DNA from: an uncultured Quadrisphaera sp.
GTDB taxonomy: Bacteria; Actinomycetota; Actinomycetes; Actinomycetales; Quadrisphaeraceae
Reading direction: 5' to 3'
Assembly: GCA_964242735.1 (NCBI GenBank)
Contig: CAXTAK010000013.1
Span: 34,085 to 98,084, forward strand
DNA length: 64,000 nt
The notes under the pieces are model-generated. The model was not told the DNA's origin, did not search any database, and saw only the letters and a list, made by a program, of their open reading frames with translations. A program made the translations under genes and the position numbers. Positions 40,949-50,517 of this stretch are shown here, one piece after another (position 1 is the first letter of the stretch; the number at the start of each line of letters is the position of its first letter).

Positions 40949-42657
40949 CCGGGTCCTGCGCCGTCTGACAGCGGCGGTCCGTACGTCGGAGACCAGCGCG
41001 CCCCGCGCACCGCGCGCGCGAGCTCCCGGGCGTCCAGGACGGGCGCGACCCCGTCCTCGACGGCCTGTCGTGCTACGGCTTCGGCGATGGTGACGGCGAC
41101 GTGGGGCAGCTCCTCGACGTCGGGCAGCAGGGGAGCACTGGGATCGCGATGGATCGGCGACGCCGCTCCCAGGGCCACGGACGCCGCGAGGAGCATGGAG
41201 TCGGTGACCCTGGTCGCCCGGCTGGCCACGACTCCGAGTCCCACGGCCGGGAAGATGAAGACGTTGTTGCACTGGGACACCACGACCTCGCGCCCATCGC
41301 GGCTGACGGGGGGGAAGGGTGAGCCGGTGGCGATGAGCGCCCTCCCCCCGGTCCAGTCGGAGAGGTCCTGCGGCACGGCCTCGGACCGCGACGTCGGGTT
41401 CGACAGCGGGAAGATGATCGGGCGGTCCGCGTGAGCGGCCATGTCCCTCACGATGTCCTCGGTGAAGGCACCCGTCGCGGTGGACAGGCCGATCAGCACT
41501 GTCGGGTGCACCTGGCTCACCACCGCCGCTAAGTCGAGGGCGGGGCCGCCTCCTGGGGCCGGAGCGACGTCGCGCCACTCGGACAGCTGGTCCGGGGTCT
41601 TGGCGTAGCGGCGCTGAGCGTCGGAGAGGTCCTCGCGACCTGAGACCAGGAGTCCCGTGCGATCGACGACGAAGACCCGCGCCACCGCGTCGGCCTCGGT
41701 GACCCCGGCGGTCCCCATCAGCTGCACCAGCCGGTCCGCGACCCCGATGCCGGCGGAGCCCGCACCGAGCATGACGATGCGCTGGTCGTCCATCGGCGTC
41801 CCGCTGGTGGTGACCGCGGCGGTGAGCGCACCCACCACCACGGCGGCGGTGCCCTGGATGTCGTCGTTGAAGGTCAGGAGGCGGTTGCGGTAGCGATCGA
41901 GCAGGGGCAGGGCGTGGGTGCTGGCGAAGTCCTCGAACTGCAGCAGCACGCCGGGCAGCTCCGCGGTGACGGCATCGACGAAGGCATCGACGAACGCGAG
42001 GTAGTCGTCGCCGACGATCCGTTCGTGCCGCCACCCCAGGTACGCGGGATCGTCGATGAGCGCGGTGTTGCTCGTCCCCACATCGAGCACGATGGGCAGT
42101 GTCCGGTCAGGGGCGATGCCGCCGACCAGGGTGTACAGGGACAGCTTGCCGACCGGGATGCCCATGCCGCCCACCCCCTGATCGCCCAGGCCCAGGATCC
42201 GCTCGCCGTCGGTGACGACGATGACGTCGACGTCACGCACCGGGCGGTTGCGCAGCACCTCGAGCAGCCGGTGGCGGTCCGGGTACGAGACGAACAGGCC
42301 GCGGGAGCGCCGGTAGATGCGGCTGAACTGCTCGCACGCCGCGCCGACAGTCGGCGTGTAGACCAGCGGTAGCGTCTCGCGTACGTGCTCGGACAGCACC
42401 CGGTAGAAGAGCACCTCGTTCGTGTCCTGCAGCGCGCGCAGCACCACGTGGCGCGCCAGGTCGTCAGGGGCCGCCTGCACCTGCTGCCACGCACGCAGGG
42501 CCTGGTCCTCGAGGGTCTCCACGTGCGGGGGCAGGAGCCCGTGCAGACCGCTGCGGCCGCGTTCGTCCTCCGTGAAGGCCGTGCCCCTGTTCACCAACGG
42601 GTCCTCCAGCAGCGCCGGGCCCCGTGCGCGTCCCCGGACCACGACGTCGCCGTTCAC
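40945..42657 (-). CDS. Second NAD(P)-malic enzyme paralog (malolactic-enzyme-like possibility not excluded)
   Basis: NRGTAFTEDER, FNDDIQGTA, GAGSAGIGVA and PLSNPTS motifs. The start is uncertain (GTG 42657 preferred; 42705 or 42813 possible). Confidence 0.85.
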   Translation of the reverse strand: MNGDVVVRGRARGPALLEDPLVNRGTAFTEDERGRSGLHGLLPPHVETLEDQALRAWQQVQAAPDDLARHVVLRALQDTNEVLFYRVLSEHVRETLPLVYTPTVGAACEQFSRIYRRSRGLFVSYPDRHRLLEVLRNRPVRDVDVIVVTDGERILGLGDQGVGGMGIPVGKLSLYTLVGGIAPDRTLPIVLDVGTSNTALIDDPAYLGWRHERIVGDDYLAFVDAFVDAVTAELPGVLLQFEDFASTHALPLLDRYRNRLLTFNDDIQGTAAVVVGALTAAVTTSGTPMDDQRIVMLGAGSAGIGVADRLVQLMGTAGVTEADAVARVFVVDRTGLLVSGREDLSDAQRRYAKTPDQLSEWRDVAPAPGGGPALDLAAVVSQVHPTVLIGLSTATGAFTEDIVRDMAAHADRPIIFPLSNPTSRSEAVPQDLSDWTGGRALIATGSPFPPVSRDGREVVVSQCNNVFIFPAVGLGVVASRATRVTDSMLLAASVALGAASPIHRDPSAPLLPDVEELPHVAVTIAEAVARQAVEDGVAPVLDARELARAVRGARWSPTYGPPLSDGAGPG

Positions 42658-42959
42658 GCTGCCACCCTCTGCGCGGGCGGTTCCGTGCTCCCGGTCGGCT
42701 CCGGTGACGACCGCCCGTTCGTCGAGCGGTTCGTGCCGGCGAGGCCGGGCGCCTGGATCGGGCGGGTGCCCACGGCACCCGGCCGTCGAGCGCCGTCGAC
42801 GGTGTGCCCCCACGCGGAGGCGTGGGAGTCAGCTGTTCCTCGGTCGGTCATGGTTCCAGCCCTTCTGCAGCTGCGGTGGGGGGAAGGTGGTGCGGGCGGT
42901 GGGTCCATCGCCGCGGCCGACGGGGTCGTGGGGCCTGCCGGGCCTCGGTGGTCCAGCTC

Positions 42960-43825
42960 CGCGGGTCGCCTGCGCAGCGTGCGGCGGCCCGCACCGTCCT
43001 GACGCTGCGCTCCTCGCCTCGGGAGCCGCAGCCAGATCACCGACCCCGGATGGCACGGACACCCGGTGACGTGGGCCGCGGAGGAGCCCGCCAGCTCCAC
43101 CACCGCCGCCGAGGCCACGCCGACGTGCAGGGAGGTGGGGCTCATCACCGCCAGGATCGAGATGGTGCCCGCCGCGCCGTGGTGCCCGGGCGCTGCGTCG
43201 CACCGCGTCACCGCGACGTCGACCCGTTCCGGCGGGGTCCCACCCGGTCACCCACGCGGAGCGTCAGACCGTGCAGGTCCTCGGCGTGCACGCGGTCCGC
43301 ACCGCCGGAGCGGTCCGAGCGGGTCATGACCGGCCGTGGTCCGTGGCGCACCACTCCGTGCTCGAGCCCGTCGGGGAGCTCGTGGGCACGCCCGACGGCC
43401 CCGTCGAGCTCGCCGCTGTGCAGGCGCGGGACCTGCGCCGCCTCCCGGGTGGTGCAGCTCCCGCGCTGAGCGGGGGTGGCCCTCCGCCGGCAGCTGTCGG
43501 ATGGTGGCCGTGCCGGTGCCGCAGCTGTCGCCGTGGATGTCGAGCCGGGGTCTCCGGCGTCGCCCGCCCCGCGCGAGGCATCGGCTGCGAGATCCGCGTC
43601 GCCGAGGAGTGCCCGGGCCCCGAGGAGCAGCGCGGCTCCCGCCGGCGTCAGGTCCACGTGGTCCGTGTTCCGGTGGACGACGGGGACCGCGAGGTCCCGC
43701 TCGAGCGCTCGGACCCGGGCCGACCGCGACCACCGGGTCGTGTGGAAGTCCCATGCAGCCCTCGTGGGGTTCGAGCGGTCGGCCGCGGCGACGGAGTGCG
43801 TCAGCTGTCGCAGGTCGATGAGCAC
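42960..43825 (-). pseudogene. LysR-family regulator, apparently read across several frames
   Basis: The HTH IDLRQLTHSVAAA...VRALERDLAVPVV.R....V.LTPAG is in one frame. The co-inducer domain pieces (RLDIHGDS..ATIRQLP; GELDGAV..LPDGLEH; ISILAVMSPTSLHVGVASAAVVEL) are split between frames. The 3' end is approximate. Confidence 0.5.
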
Positions 43826-44189
43826 GACGGAGCTCCGGTCCAGGAGTGGAACGCGGGGCGCGGGTCCGGGCGCCGGTGCACCTCCAGCATGCTCCCTCGG
43901 GGCGCACCCGTCCACCTCGTTGCGGACCACCGGCTCACCGCTCCGGTGAGTGGTCGACCGCTCCTTCCCCGAGCCTGCGGGCGGGGCCGGGGAGCCAGGA
44001 GGCGTGCCTCGTGGTGCGCTCCGCGGGCTCCACCAGCGTGCGGTGCTCGCTCTCGCAGCGTTCGAAGGCGGCCACGTGCTCCTCCGGGGTCGCGGCGAGC
44101 TCGCAGGTGAGGGTGGTGGGTCCGCGTGGTCGACGCAGCCCCTCGGCTGTGATCAGGCGGGTCGTGCGCCGGCGCGTGGACGACGCCCG

Positions 44190-44490
44190 GCCAGCGCCGC
44201 GGGCACCACGTCCGTCTTCCCGTCGATCGAGCACCTCCACCCGGGGATGCGACGGGAGACTCCCCTCGGGCGTGAGGTGCCCCCACGGCGTCACCAGCGG
44301 GGCCGAGGACCTCCTCCTCCACCTGGCGGTGCCCGACAACGACCACCTCTGCGCCGTCGTCATCGACCGCCTCACCGAGCGCGCAGAGGTCGCCGACGTG
44401 CGCACCTCCGCCACCACGTCCAGCCCGCACCGCAGGGGGGAGGCCCGGCGAGGAGGTCCGCACCCGCACGCTGAGCCGCACCGGTCCTGA
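44190..44490 (+). pseudogene. Lrp/AsnC ligand-binding (RAM) domain fragment with a frameshift at a C5 run
   Basis: GAEDLLLHLAVPDNDHLCAVVIDRLTERAEVADVRTS is typical of the AsnC_trans_reg domain. The preceding segment SVFPSIEHLHPG...GREV lies in another frame. The junction is at gtgcccccacgg (about 44281). No clear HTH was found. Confidence 0.4.
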
Positions 44491-44542
44491 CATCCCGCGC
44501 GAGACACGCACCAGCTGCGACAGCGGAGTCCAGAGCGCGGCC

Positions 44543-44593
44543 CTGCCCCGTCGTCCGTGCTGCCCCGTAGTCCGTGCTGCCCCGTCGTCCGTC
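44543..44593. repeat. 17-bp tandem repeat x3 (CTGCCCCGTCGTCCGTG / CTGCCCCGTAGTCCGTG / CTGCCCCGTCGTCCGTC)
   Basis: Read directly from the sequence. The unit length is not a multiple of 3. It lies between convergent gene ends. Confidence 0.9.
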
Positions 44594-44933
44594 AACCCGC
44601 CGGCAACCGCGTCACCGGGCGGTGGGGCGTCGGGCGGTGAGGTGCTCACGGGGTCTCCCGCAACTGGTGGGTGGAGGCCTGGTGTCTGCGACGAGCTGGT
44701 CCGATCCCCTCGGAGGGGCGCTCGGGCGCTTGGTGCACCGACCTCCGGTGGTCGACTCCGCCCGGAGCTGGCTCCTCCAGCAGACGGCACCCCTCCGACG
44801 GCAGAGCCGTGAGCGGCGCAGTGGCGTTCCAGGTCGCCAGGGCCGGGCCCCCGGGCAGCGGACGCGGAGCCGGTCACGGCGCCCGGTGCTGCCCCCAGTG
44901 CCCGTCTGCCTTCCGGTGCCGCAGCGGTTCCGT

Positions 44934-45662
44934 CTACGGCGTGGTGGTGTGGCGCTGATAGGTGACGGAGAGGTGGCGGGCGAGCACGACGGCGGCGCCC
45001 AGGGTGGCCAGGACGACGAGGGCGACCAGGGCGACCTCCCAGATCCCGCGGGAGATGCTGCTGGTGGCCATCACGGTGAGGGTGCCGAGGGCGATGGCGG
45101 CCAGCTCGCCGACGGGCAGGGCGGCGACCAGCCACCGGGCGGTGGCCCCGGCCCGGGGGTCGTGCCCGGCGCGCAGCAGCGCCCAGCACGCCAGGGTGGG
45201 CAGCAGCACGCACATCACCGCGGTGCTGACCACGATGGTCAGCGCCACCGGCGTCGCGGTCCGCGAGGAGTCGGGGACGGTGAAGGCGACGATCAGGTCG
45301 GCGAAGAGCACCGCCGAGGCCACCACCACGCCGCCCAGGGCGACCGGGAGCAGCACCCCCAGGCGCAGCGCCCGCCCGGCCAGACCGCGTTCGCCGGCCC
45401 AGTCCCGCAGCGTGGTCTCGGGGTCATCACCGAGCACCGCGGACCCCGGCAGCCCGTCTCCTGCTGCCGCGGTGAGCTCGGCGTCCAGCTCCGCAGCGAG
45501 GTCGCGGCGGTCCTGGCGGCGCACCCCGGCGCGCCGCCACACCCGTCCGGCCCGGGCCAGCACCGCCCGGTGCTGGCGGCCGGCTCCGACCTCGCGCGTC
45601 TCGGTCGCGCCGGAGGTGGTGGGGTCGACGGCGGTCGGGTGGGTCGGCGGGGCAGTGGGCAC
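44934..45662 (-). CDS. PadR-associated membrane protein
   Basis: It starts 1 nt after the padR stop. A charged N-terminal helix (RRDLAAELDAELTAAAGDG) is followed by about 4 transmembrane helices. Confidence 0.7.
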   Translation of the reverse strand: MPTAPPTHPTAVDPTTSGATETREVGAGRQHRAVLARAGRVWRRAGVRRQDRRDLAAELDAELTAAAGDGLPGSAVLGDDPETTLRDWAGERGLAGRALRLGVLLPVALGGVVVASAVLFADLIVAFTVPDSSRTATPVALTIVVSTAVMCVLLPTLACWALLRAGHDPRAGATARWLVAALPVGELAAIALGTLTVMATSSISRGIWEVALVALVVLATLGAAVVLARHLSVTYQRHTTTP

Positions 45663-45663
45663 G

Positions 45664-46077
45664 TCAGTCCTCCTGGCGGTGGGGGGTGTCGGCGACGGGA
45701 TGGGGCTGGGGCTGCGGTGGTGGTGGCAACGGCTGCACCGGCATCTGGTGCGGTGCCAGCAGGGCCGTGACCGCCGTCGCGGTGTTCGACCACTCCGCCC
45801 GGCCGTGTGCCAGGGCGCGCCGGCCCTGCTCGGAGATGGCGTAGTACTTCCGCGCCGGGCCGCTGGTGGAAGGGCGGTGCTCGGTGGTCACCAGGCCCTG
45901 GCGCTCCAGGCGGGCCAGCAGCGGGTACGTCGAGCCGTCGGCGACAGGCAGTCCCCGCTCGCCCAGGCGCTGGGTCAGCTCGTAGCCGTAGATCACCTGC
46001 TCCTCCAGCAGGGCGAGCAGGCACAGGTCCAGCACCCCGCGCAGCACCAGGCTGCGCCGCTCCACCTCCCGACCCAT
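45664..46077 (-). CDS. PadR family transcriptional regulator
   Basis: LRGVLDLCLLALLEEQVIYGYEL...GSTYPLLARLERQGLV....S..GP.RKYY.I...G is the canonical PadR winged helix. Confidence 0.9.
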   Translation of the reverse strand: MGREVERRSLVLRGVLDLCLLALLEEQVIYGYELTQRLGERGLPVADGSTYPLLARLERQGLVTTEHRPSTSGPARKYYAISEQGRRALAHGRAEWSNTATAVTALLAPHQMPVQPLPPPPQPQPHPVADTPHRQED

Positions 46078-46389
46078 GCACAGCACTCTAGCGGTGGCTG
46101 TCCTGCACATCGAGGATCCGTGGCGGTCCGTCCGTCCGACCGTCAGTCGCTCCCCCGCAGGGTGACCGGTACGTGCACCACGTGGCGGGACGTGACCGCC
46201 GGGGTCGCGTCCTGCTGAGCGGTGGCGTTCGTGGCCGTCGTCGAGCACCCGCGTCCGCTGGGCGGTGGGTGCGAGACGACCACCGCATGCCCGACACTGG
46301 CTCCCGCACCCGCCCTCGGTCGCCGACCGCGCTCGGGGCAGTCCCGGTCGGATGAGCAGGCGGCCAGAGCGCCGCACGTCAGGAGTGTC

Positions 46390-47976
46390 ATGGACGCGCG
46401 CGACGCGATCACGCAGGGGGCGACGTCCCTCGGCATCGAGCTCGGGTCCACGCGGATCAAGGCGGTGCTCATCGGCCCTGACCACGCTCCGATCGCCTCG
46501 GGCAGCCACGCCTGGGAGAACCGGCTCGTCGACGGGCTGTGGACCTACGCGATCGAGGACGTCTGGTCCGGCGTCCAGGCCTGCTACCGACAGCTCGCCG
46601 CCGACGTCGAGCAGCGCCACGGTGTGGCGCTGACCCGGGTGGTCAGCCTCGGGGTCTCGGCGATGATGCACGGCTACCTCGCCCTCGACGCCGACGGGGA
46701 ACTGCTGGTGCCGTTCCGCACCTGGCGCAACACCCACACCGGCGCGGCCGTGGAGCGCCTCAGCGCCGAGCTGGGCTTCAACGTGCCGCACCGGTGGAGC
46801 GTCGCGCACCTGTACCAGGCCGTGCTCGACGGAGAGGAGCACGTGGGCCGGCTCGCCACGATCACCACCCTGGCCGGGTACGTGCACCGGGAGCTGACGG
46901 GCAGCCGCGTCCTCGGCGTCGGCGACGCGAGCGGCATGTTCCCCATCGACGTCACCACCGGCACCTACGACGCCGGCAGGCTCGCCACCACCGACCGCCT
47001 GCTGGCCGAGGCCGGCGCCGACGTGGCGCTGGGCGACCTCCTGCCGCAGGTGCGCCGCGCCGGGGAGAGCGCCGGGGAGCTGACCGCGGCCGGGGCGCGG
47101 CTGCTCGACCCGAGCGGCGCGCTGCGCCCCGGGGCGCCGCTCTGCCCTCCTGAGGGCGACGCCGGGACCGGCATGGTCGCCACCGGCTCCGTCGCCCCGC
47201 GGACCGGCAACGTCAGCGCGGGCACGAGCATCTTCGCCATGGTCGTGCTGGAGGGGGCGCTGTCCGGCGTGCACCGCGAGCTGGACCTGGTGACCACCCC
47301 GGCCGGTGACCCGGTGGCGATGGTGCACTGCAACAACGGGGCCAGCGAGATCAACGCGTGGGTCGGCCTGTTCACGGAGTTCGCCGAGGCCCTGGGCGCG
47401 CCGGCGGACACCTCGAGGGTCTTCGAGGTGCTCTTCGGCGCGGCGCTGCGCGGAGCGCCGGACGGCGGGGGGATGCTCGCCTACAACTACCTCTCCGGCG
47501 AGCCGATCACCGAGCTGGAGCAGGGGCGGCCGCTGTTCCTGCGCACCCCCGGCGGCTCCCTCGACCTGGCCACCTTCATGCGCACCCAGCTGTACGCCTC
47601 GCTGGCCACGCTGCGCATCGGCATGGACGTGCTCGCCGGTGAGGGCGTGCGGCTGGACCGGATGTTCGCCCACGGCGGGCTGTTCACCACCAGGGGCGTC
47701 GCGCAGCGGTTCCTCGCCGCGGCCATCGACACCCCGGTCTCCGTCGGTGACGTCGCCGCCGAGGGCGGCGCCTGGGGCATCGCCCTGCTGGCGGCCTACC
47801 TGACGGGCCGCGACGGCGACCAGGGCCTCGCCGACTACCTCGACTCCCGCGTCTTCAGCGGCGTGCAGCTCGAGACGGTCGAGCCCGACCGCGGTGACGT
47901 CGGGGGCTTCGACGCCTTCCTCCAGCGCTACGTCGCGGCGCTGCCGGTGCAGCGGGCTGCCGTCGAGCACACCTGA
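46390..47976 (+). CDS. FGGY-family carbohydrate kinase (xylulokinase-like)
   Basis: LGIELGSTRIKAVL N-terminal ATPase motif and the GGLF / EGGAWGIALLA C-terminal motifs. AGGAG precedes the ATG at 46390. Confidence 0.85.
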   Translation: MDARDAITQGATSLGIELGSTRIKAVLIGPDHAPIASGSHAWENRLVDGLWTYAIEDVWSGVQACYRQLAADVEQRHGVALTRVVSLGVSAMMHGYLALDADGELLVPFRTWRNTHTGAAVERLSAELGFNVPHRWSVAHLYQAVLDGEEHVGRLATITTLAGYVHRELTGSRVLGVGDASGMFPIDVTTGTYDAGRLATTDRLLAEAGADVALGDLLPQVRRAGESAGELTAAGARLLDPSGALRPGAPLCPPEGDAGTGMVATGSVAPRTGNVSAGTSIFAMVVLEGALSGVHRELDLVTTPAGDPVAMVHCNNGASEINAWVGLFTEFAEALGAPADTSRVFEVLFGAALRGAPDGGGMLAYNYLSGEPITELEQGRPLFLRTPGGSLDLATFMRTQLYASLATLRIGMDVLAGEGVRLDRMFAHGGLFTTRGVAQRFLAAAIDTPVSVGDVAAEGGAWGIALLAAYLTGRDGDQGLADYLDSRVFSGVQLETVEPDRGDVGGFDAFLQRYVAALPVQRAAVEHT

Positions 47977-48125
47977 GCCCGGATGCGCCGCGTCGTCGCG
48001 GCGCTGGCTGATCGAGCTGGCCTGACCGCTCCGCTCACCGAGCGGACGACGGTTGCTGGTGGCCGCCACCCCGGCACTCCCAGCCGTCTGGTACCCGTCG
48101 CCAGGGAAGCCCGTCAGGCAGTGCC

Positions 48126-48728
48126 TCACAGGCCCATCACCAGGTCCGCGACCGCGGCTGGTCGGGACAGGAAGGGGTGGTGGCCGGTGTCCATCTCGAC
48201 GACGCGGCCGGCCCGGCGGGCGGACTCGCGCTGCAGGCGCGGCTGGGTGCCTAGGTCCTGGGCGCACACCAGGTACGTGGTGGGCACGTGGCGCCAGGCG
48301 GCCGCTCCGACCGGTCGCCCGGTCACCTGCACGCTCTGCCACGCGAGGTGAGCCGGTGCCTGCGCCTGGACGTCGGGGTCGCAGTCCTGCAGGAACGTGT
48401 CGACGAGCAGCTCGGGGCGCACCCCGAACGTCCCGACGCCGGGGTCGATGTGGAGGAACGGCGCCGGGGCGCCGTCACCATCGCCGAAGTCCGCCAGGCC
48501 CTGCCCGACCTCGGGCAGGTAGCTGGCCACCAGCAGCACACCGCGCACCGCGGCGACGTCCTCGGCCAGCCCCGGACCCCCGCCACCTGCGGGCACACCC
48601 GCCTCACCGCAGCTCGGCAGGCCCGGGGCGGTGCTCGACACCCCCTGCCGCGCCAGCAGCTCGGCGGTGCGGTGCCACCACCACCCCCCGTCCCGCACGC
48701 ACGCCCCGTGCCCGAGCACGACCCTCAT
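48126..48728 (-). CDS. Alpha/beta-hydrolase-fold protein lacking the nucleophile-elbow segment
   Basis: N-terminus MRVVLGHGA...WWW and C-terminus DTGHHPFLSRP (His loop) are present. No G-x-S-x-G is found. The sequence jumps from ..VRGVLLV to ASYLPEVGQ. About 200 aa against roughly 235 typical. Confidence 0.6.
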   Translation of the reverse strand: MRVVLGHGACVRDGGWWWHRTAELLARQGVSSTAPGLPSCGEAGVPAGGGGPGLAEDVAAVRGVLLVASYLPEVGQGLADFGDGDGAPAPFLHIDPGVGTFGVRPELLVDTFLQDCDPDVQAQAPAHLAWQSVQVTGRPVGAAAWRHVPTTYLVCAQDLGTQPRLQRESARRAGRVVEMDTGHHPFLSRPAAVADLVMGL

Positions 48729-48793
48729 CACGACCCCACCGCTCGGTGCCACCAACGGCAGACGCAGCTGGCGTTGCGCGAGGAGGTGCGGGG

Positions 48794-49357
48794 GTGGGAC
48801 GCCAACCGCAGCCAGCGATCAGGGAGCGGCTGCTCGACGCGTGCACCGACCACGCCCTCGCGCACGGCCTGCCAGACCAGCTGCAGCCGCTGGCAACCGC
48901 CACCGGCACCTCGGCCCGCATGCTCCTCCACCACCTCACCACCCGCGACGCCCTGCTGCGCGCGATCCTCGGGCACGCCCGGCAACGCCAGCTCGACCTC
49001 TTCGGCGACCTGCCCCGTGGACGAGGCGACGAGCCCTGCACCGCCACCCCGGACCGCGCCTGGACCTGCATGACCGGCCCGCCCGGGCAGCCCCACCTGC
49101 GGATGTCCACCCAGCTGCGCGACGACGCGGAGCAGCAGCTGTGGCCGGACTTCCGCCGCACCGCCACGACCGACTGGCTCGCACCCCTGCAGGACGGCCT
49201 GGCCAGCACCGGCCACCCCGAGCTCGCCACCCTCGTCCTCGCCGTCATCCGCGGCCTGCTCATCGACCTCGACGCCACCGCCGACACCACCCGCACCGAC
49301 CGGGCCCTCCACCACTTCCTCACCGCCCTCGAGCACCCGACCAGCGCGAACCCCTGA
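48794..49357 (+). CDS. TetR/AcrR family transcriptional regulator
   Basis: The HTH region reads ATATGTSARMLLHHLTTRDALL. AGGAGG lies 7 nt before GTG 48794. It is divergent from the hydrolase. Confidence 0.8.
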   Translation: MGRQPQPAIRERLLDACTDHALAHGLPDQLQPLATATGTSARMLLHHLTTRDALLRAILGHARQRQLDLFGDLPRGRGDEPCTATPDRAWTCMTGPPGQPHLRMSTQLRDDAEQQLWPDFRRTATTDWLAPLQDGLASTGHPELATLVLAVIRGLLIDLDATADTTRTDRALHHFLTALEHPTSANP

Positions 49358-50517
49358 TCGCCGACCCCTGCCCGAGACGTGCTACACCGCGCTGCTGATC
49401 TCCGCCGACGACGTCCGGCTCCGAGACCTGACCCCGCACGCCCTCAGGAGCCGGACACGCGGCCCGGCCGCCCACTCGGGGCTGAGCCGTCCGTGGCCCG
49501 TGGGTGCAGGGACTGGCGGTGGGCGGCCGCGGCCGCGCCGGTGACGGCGAGGTGGTGGCGGGCGACCTCGAGCTCCCCCGGGGTGGAGCGGTCCATCGCG
49601 GCGTGGTCGCGCTGCCAGGGAGGACGAGCAGTCCTCCGCGAGCGCGTGCCCCTCCGGGAAGTGGTTCGACAGCACCTCGCGGCGGTCGGCGTCATCCCGC
49701 GTCGGCGCAGGAGGGTCACCTCCTGGGCGGCGTCGACGTGCCGGCGATCACGTCCGCCGTCGCCGACGACGCGTGGGCGGTATGCCCACCCGCGCTGAGG
49801 ACGACCGGCCACTCACACGCCGGCGGCGCTCACAGGTGTCACACCGCTCCAGCACGTCGCTGGCCACCGTCGTCGACCGCCTGACCACAGCCAGGGTCCG
49901 CGCGGGTGAGGGAGCGCGACCGACCGTCCGGTCCTCTCACCTGATCGCCGGCCGAGCCGTCCGTGATCCGGACCCCAGGAGCGCCGGGTCCTCCATCCGC
50001 CTCATCGGCTGCTCATCCGCTGCCGGCTTCGTCATCACCGTGATCATCGATCCTCGAGACACCTCCGGCGTGACTGCCCGGAGGACCCGCGGCGCGCACC
50101 TGCGGACCCATCTCGACGGGAGGAGCACGACCGACGACTGAGCCCTCCGACGCCGCGCGACACGCTCGACACCAGACCATCCGTGCCGGCGTCGCTGTGG
50201 AGGGAGCCGAGACCGCTGAGGAGGAGGCGTACGAGCGAGCGGGCGCCCCGGCGTGGCCGTGCGCCTGCGCACCGATGCGGAACATGATCAGCAGCTGAGG
50301 AGACGTGCCAGTCAGCAGCAGATCCCGACGTCCGCGCCGGCACGGCGCCTCCTGCACCGCGCGTCGGAGCAGGAGCCCACTGCCTCCTCCGAGGCCGACG
50401 TGGACGACATCGCCCACCGCGTCGCCCCGGAGGGGCTCCAACGCCGCTGATCACGCTGCGTGGGGGTGCCCTCGATCGCGCCGCTCCCCGGAGCCCGCCC
50501 CACGCGGCGCGCCGCGG

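Noticed and set aside
42658-42813. The ORF-track start at 42813 for the second malic enzyme, which would add a 52-aa N-terminal extension.
   Set aside because: The extension (MGAHRRRRSTAGCRGHPPDPGARPRR..) is Arg-rich and low-complexity with no homology to malic enzymes. The conserved core begins just after GTG 42657. I kept it only as an alternative start.
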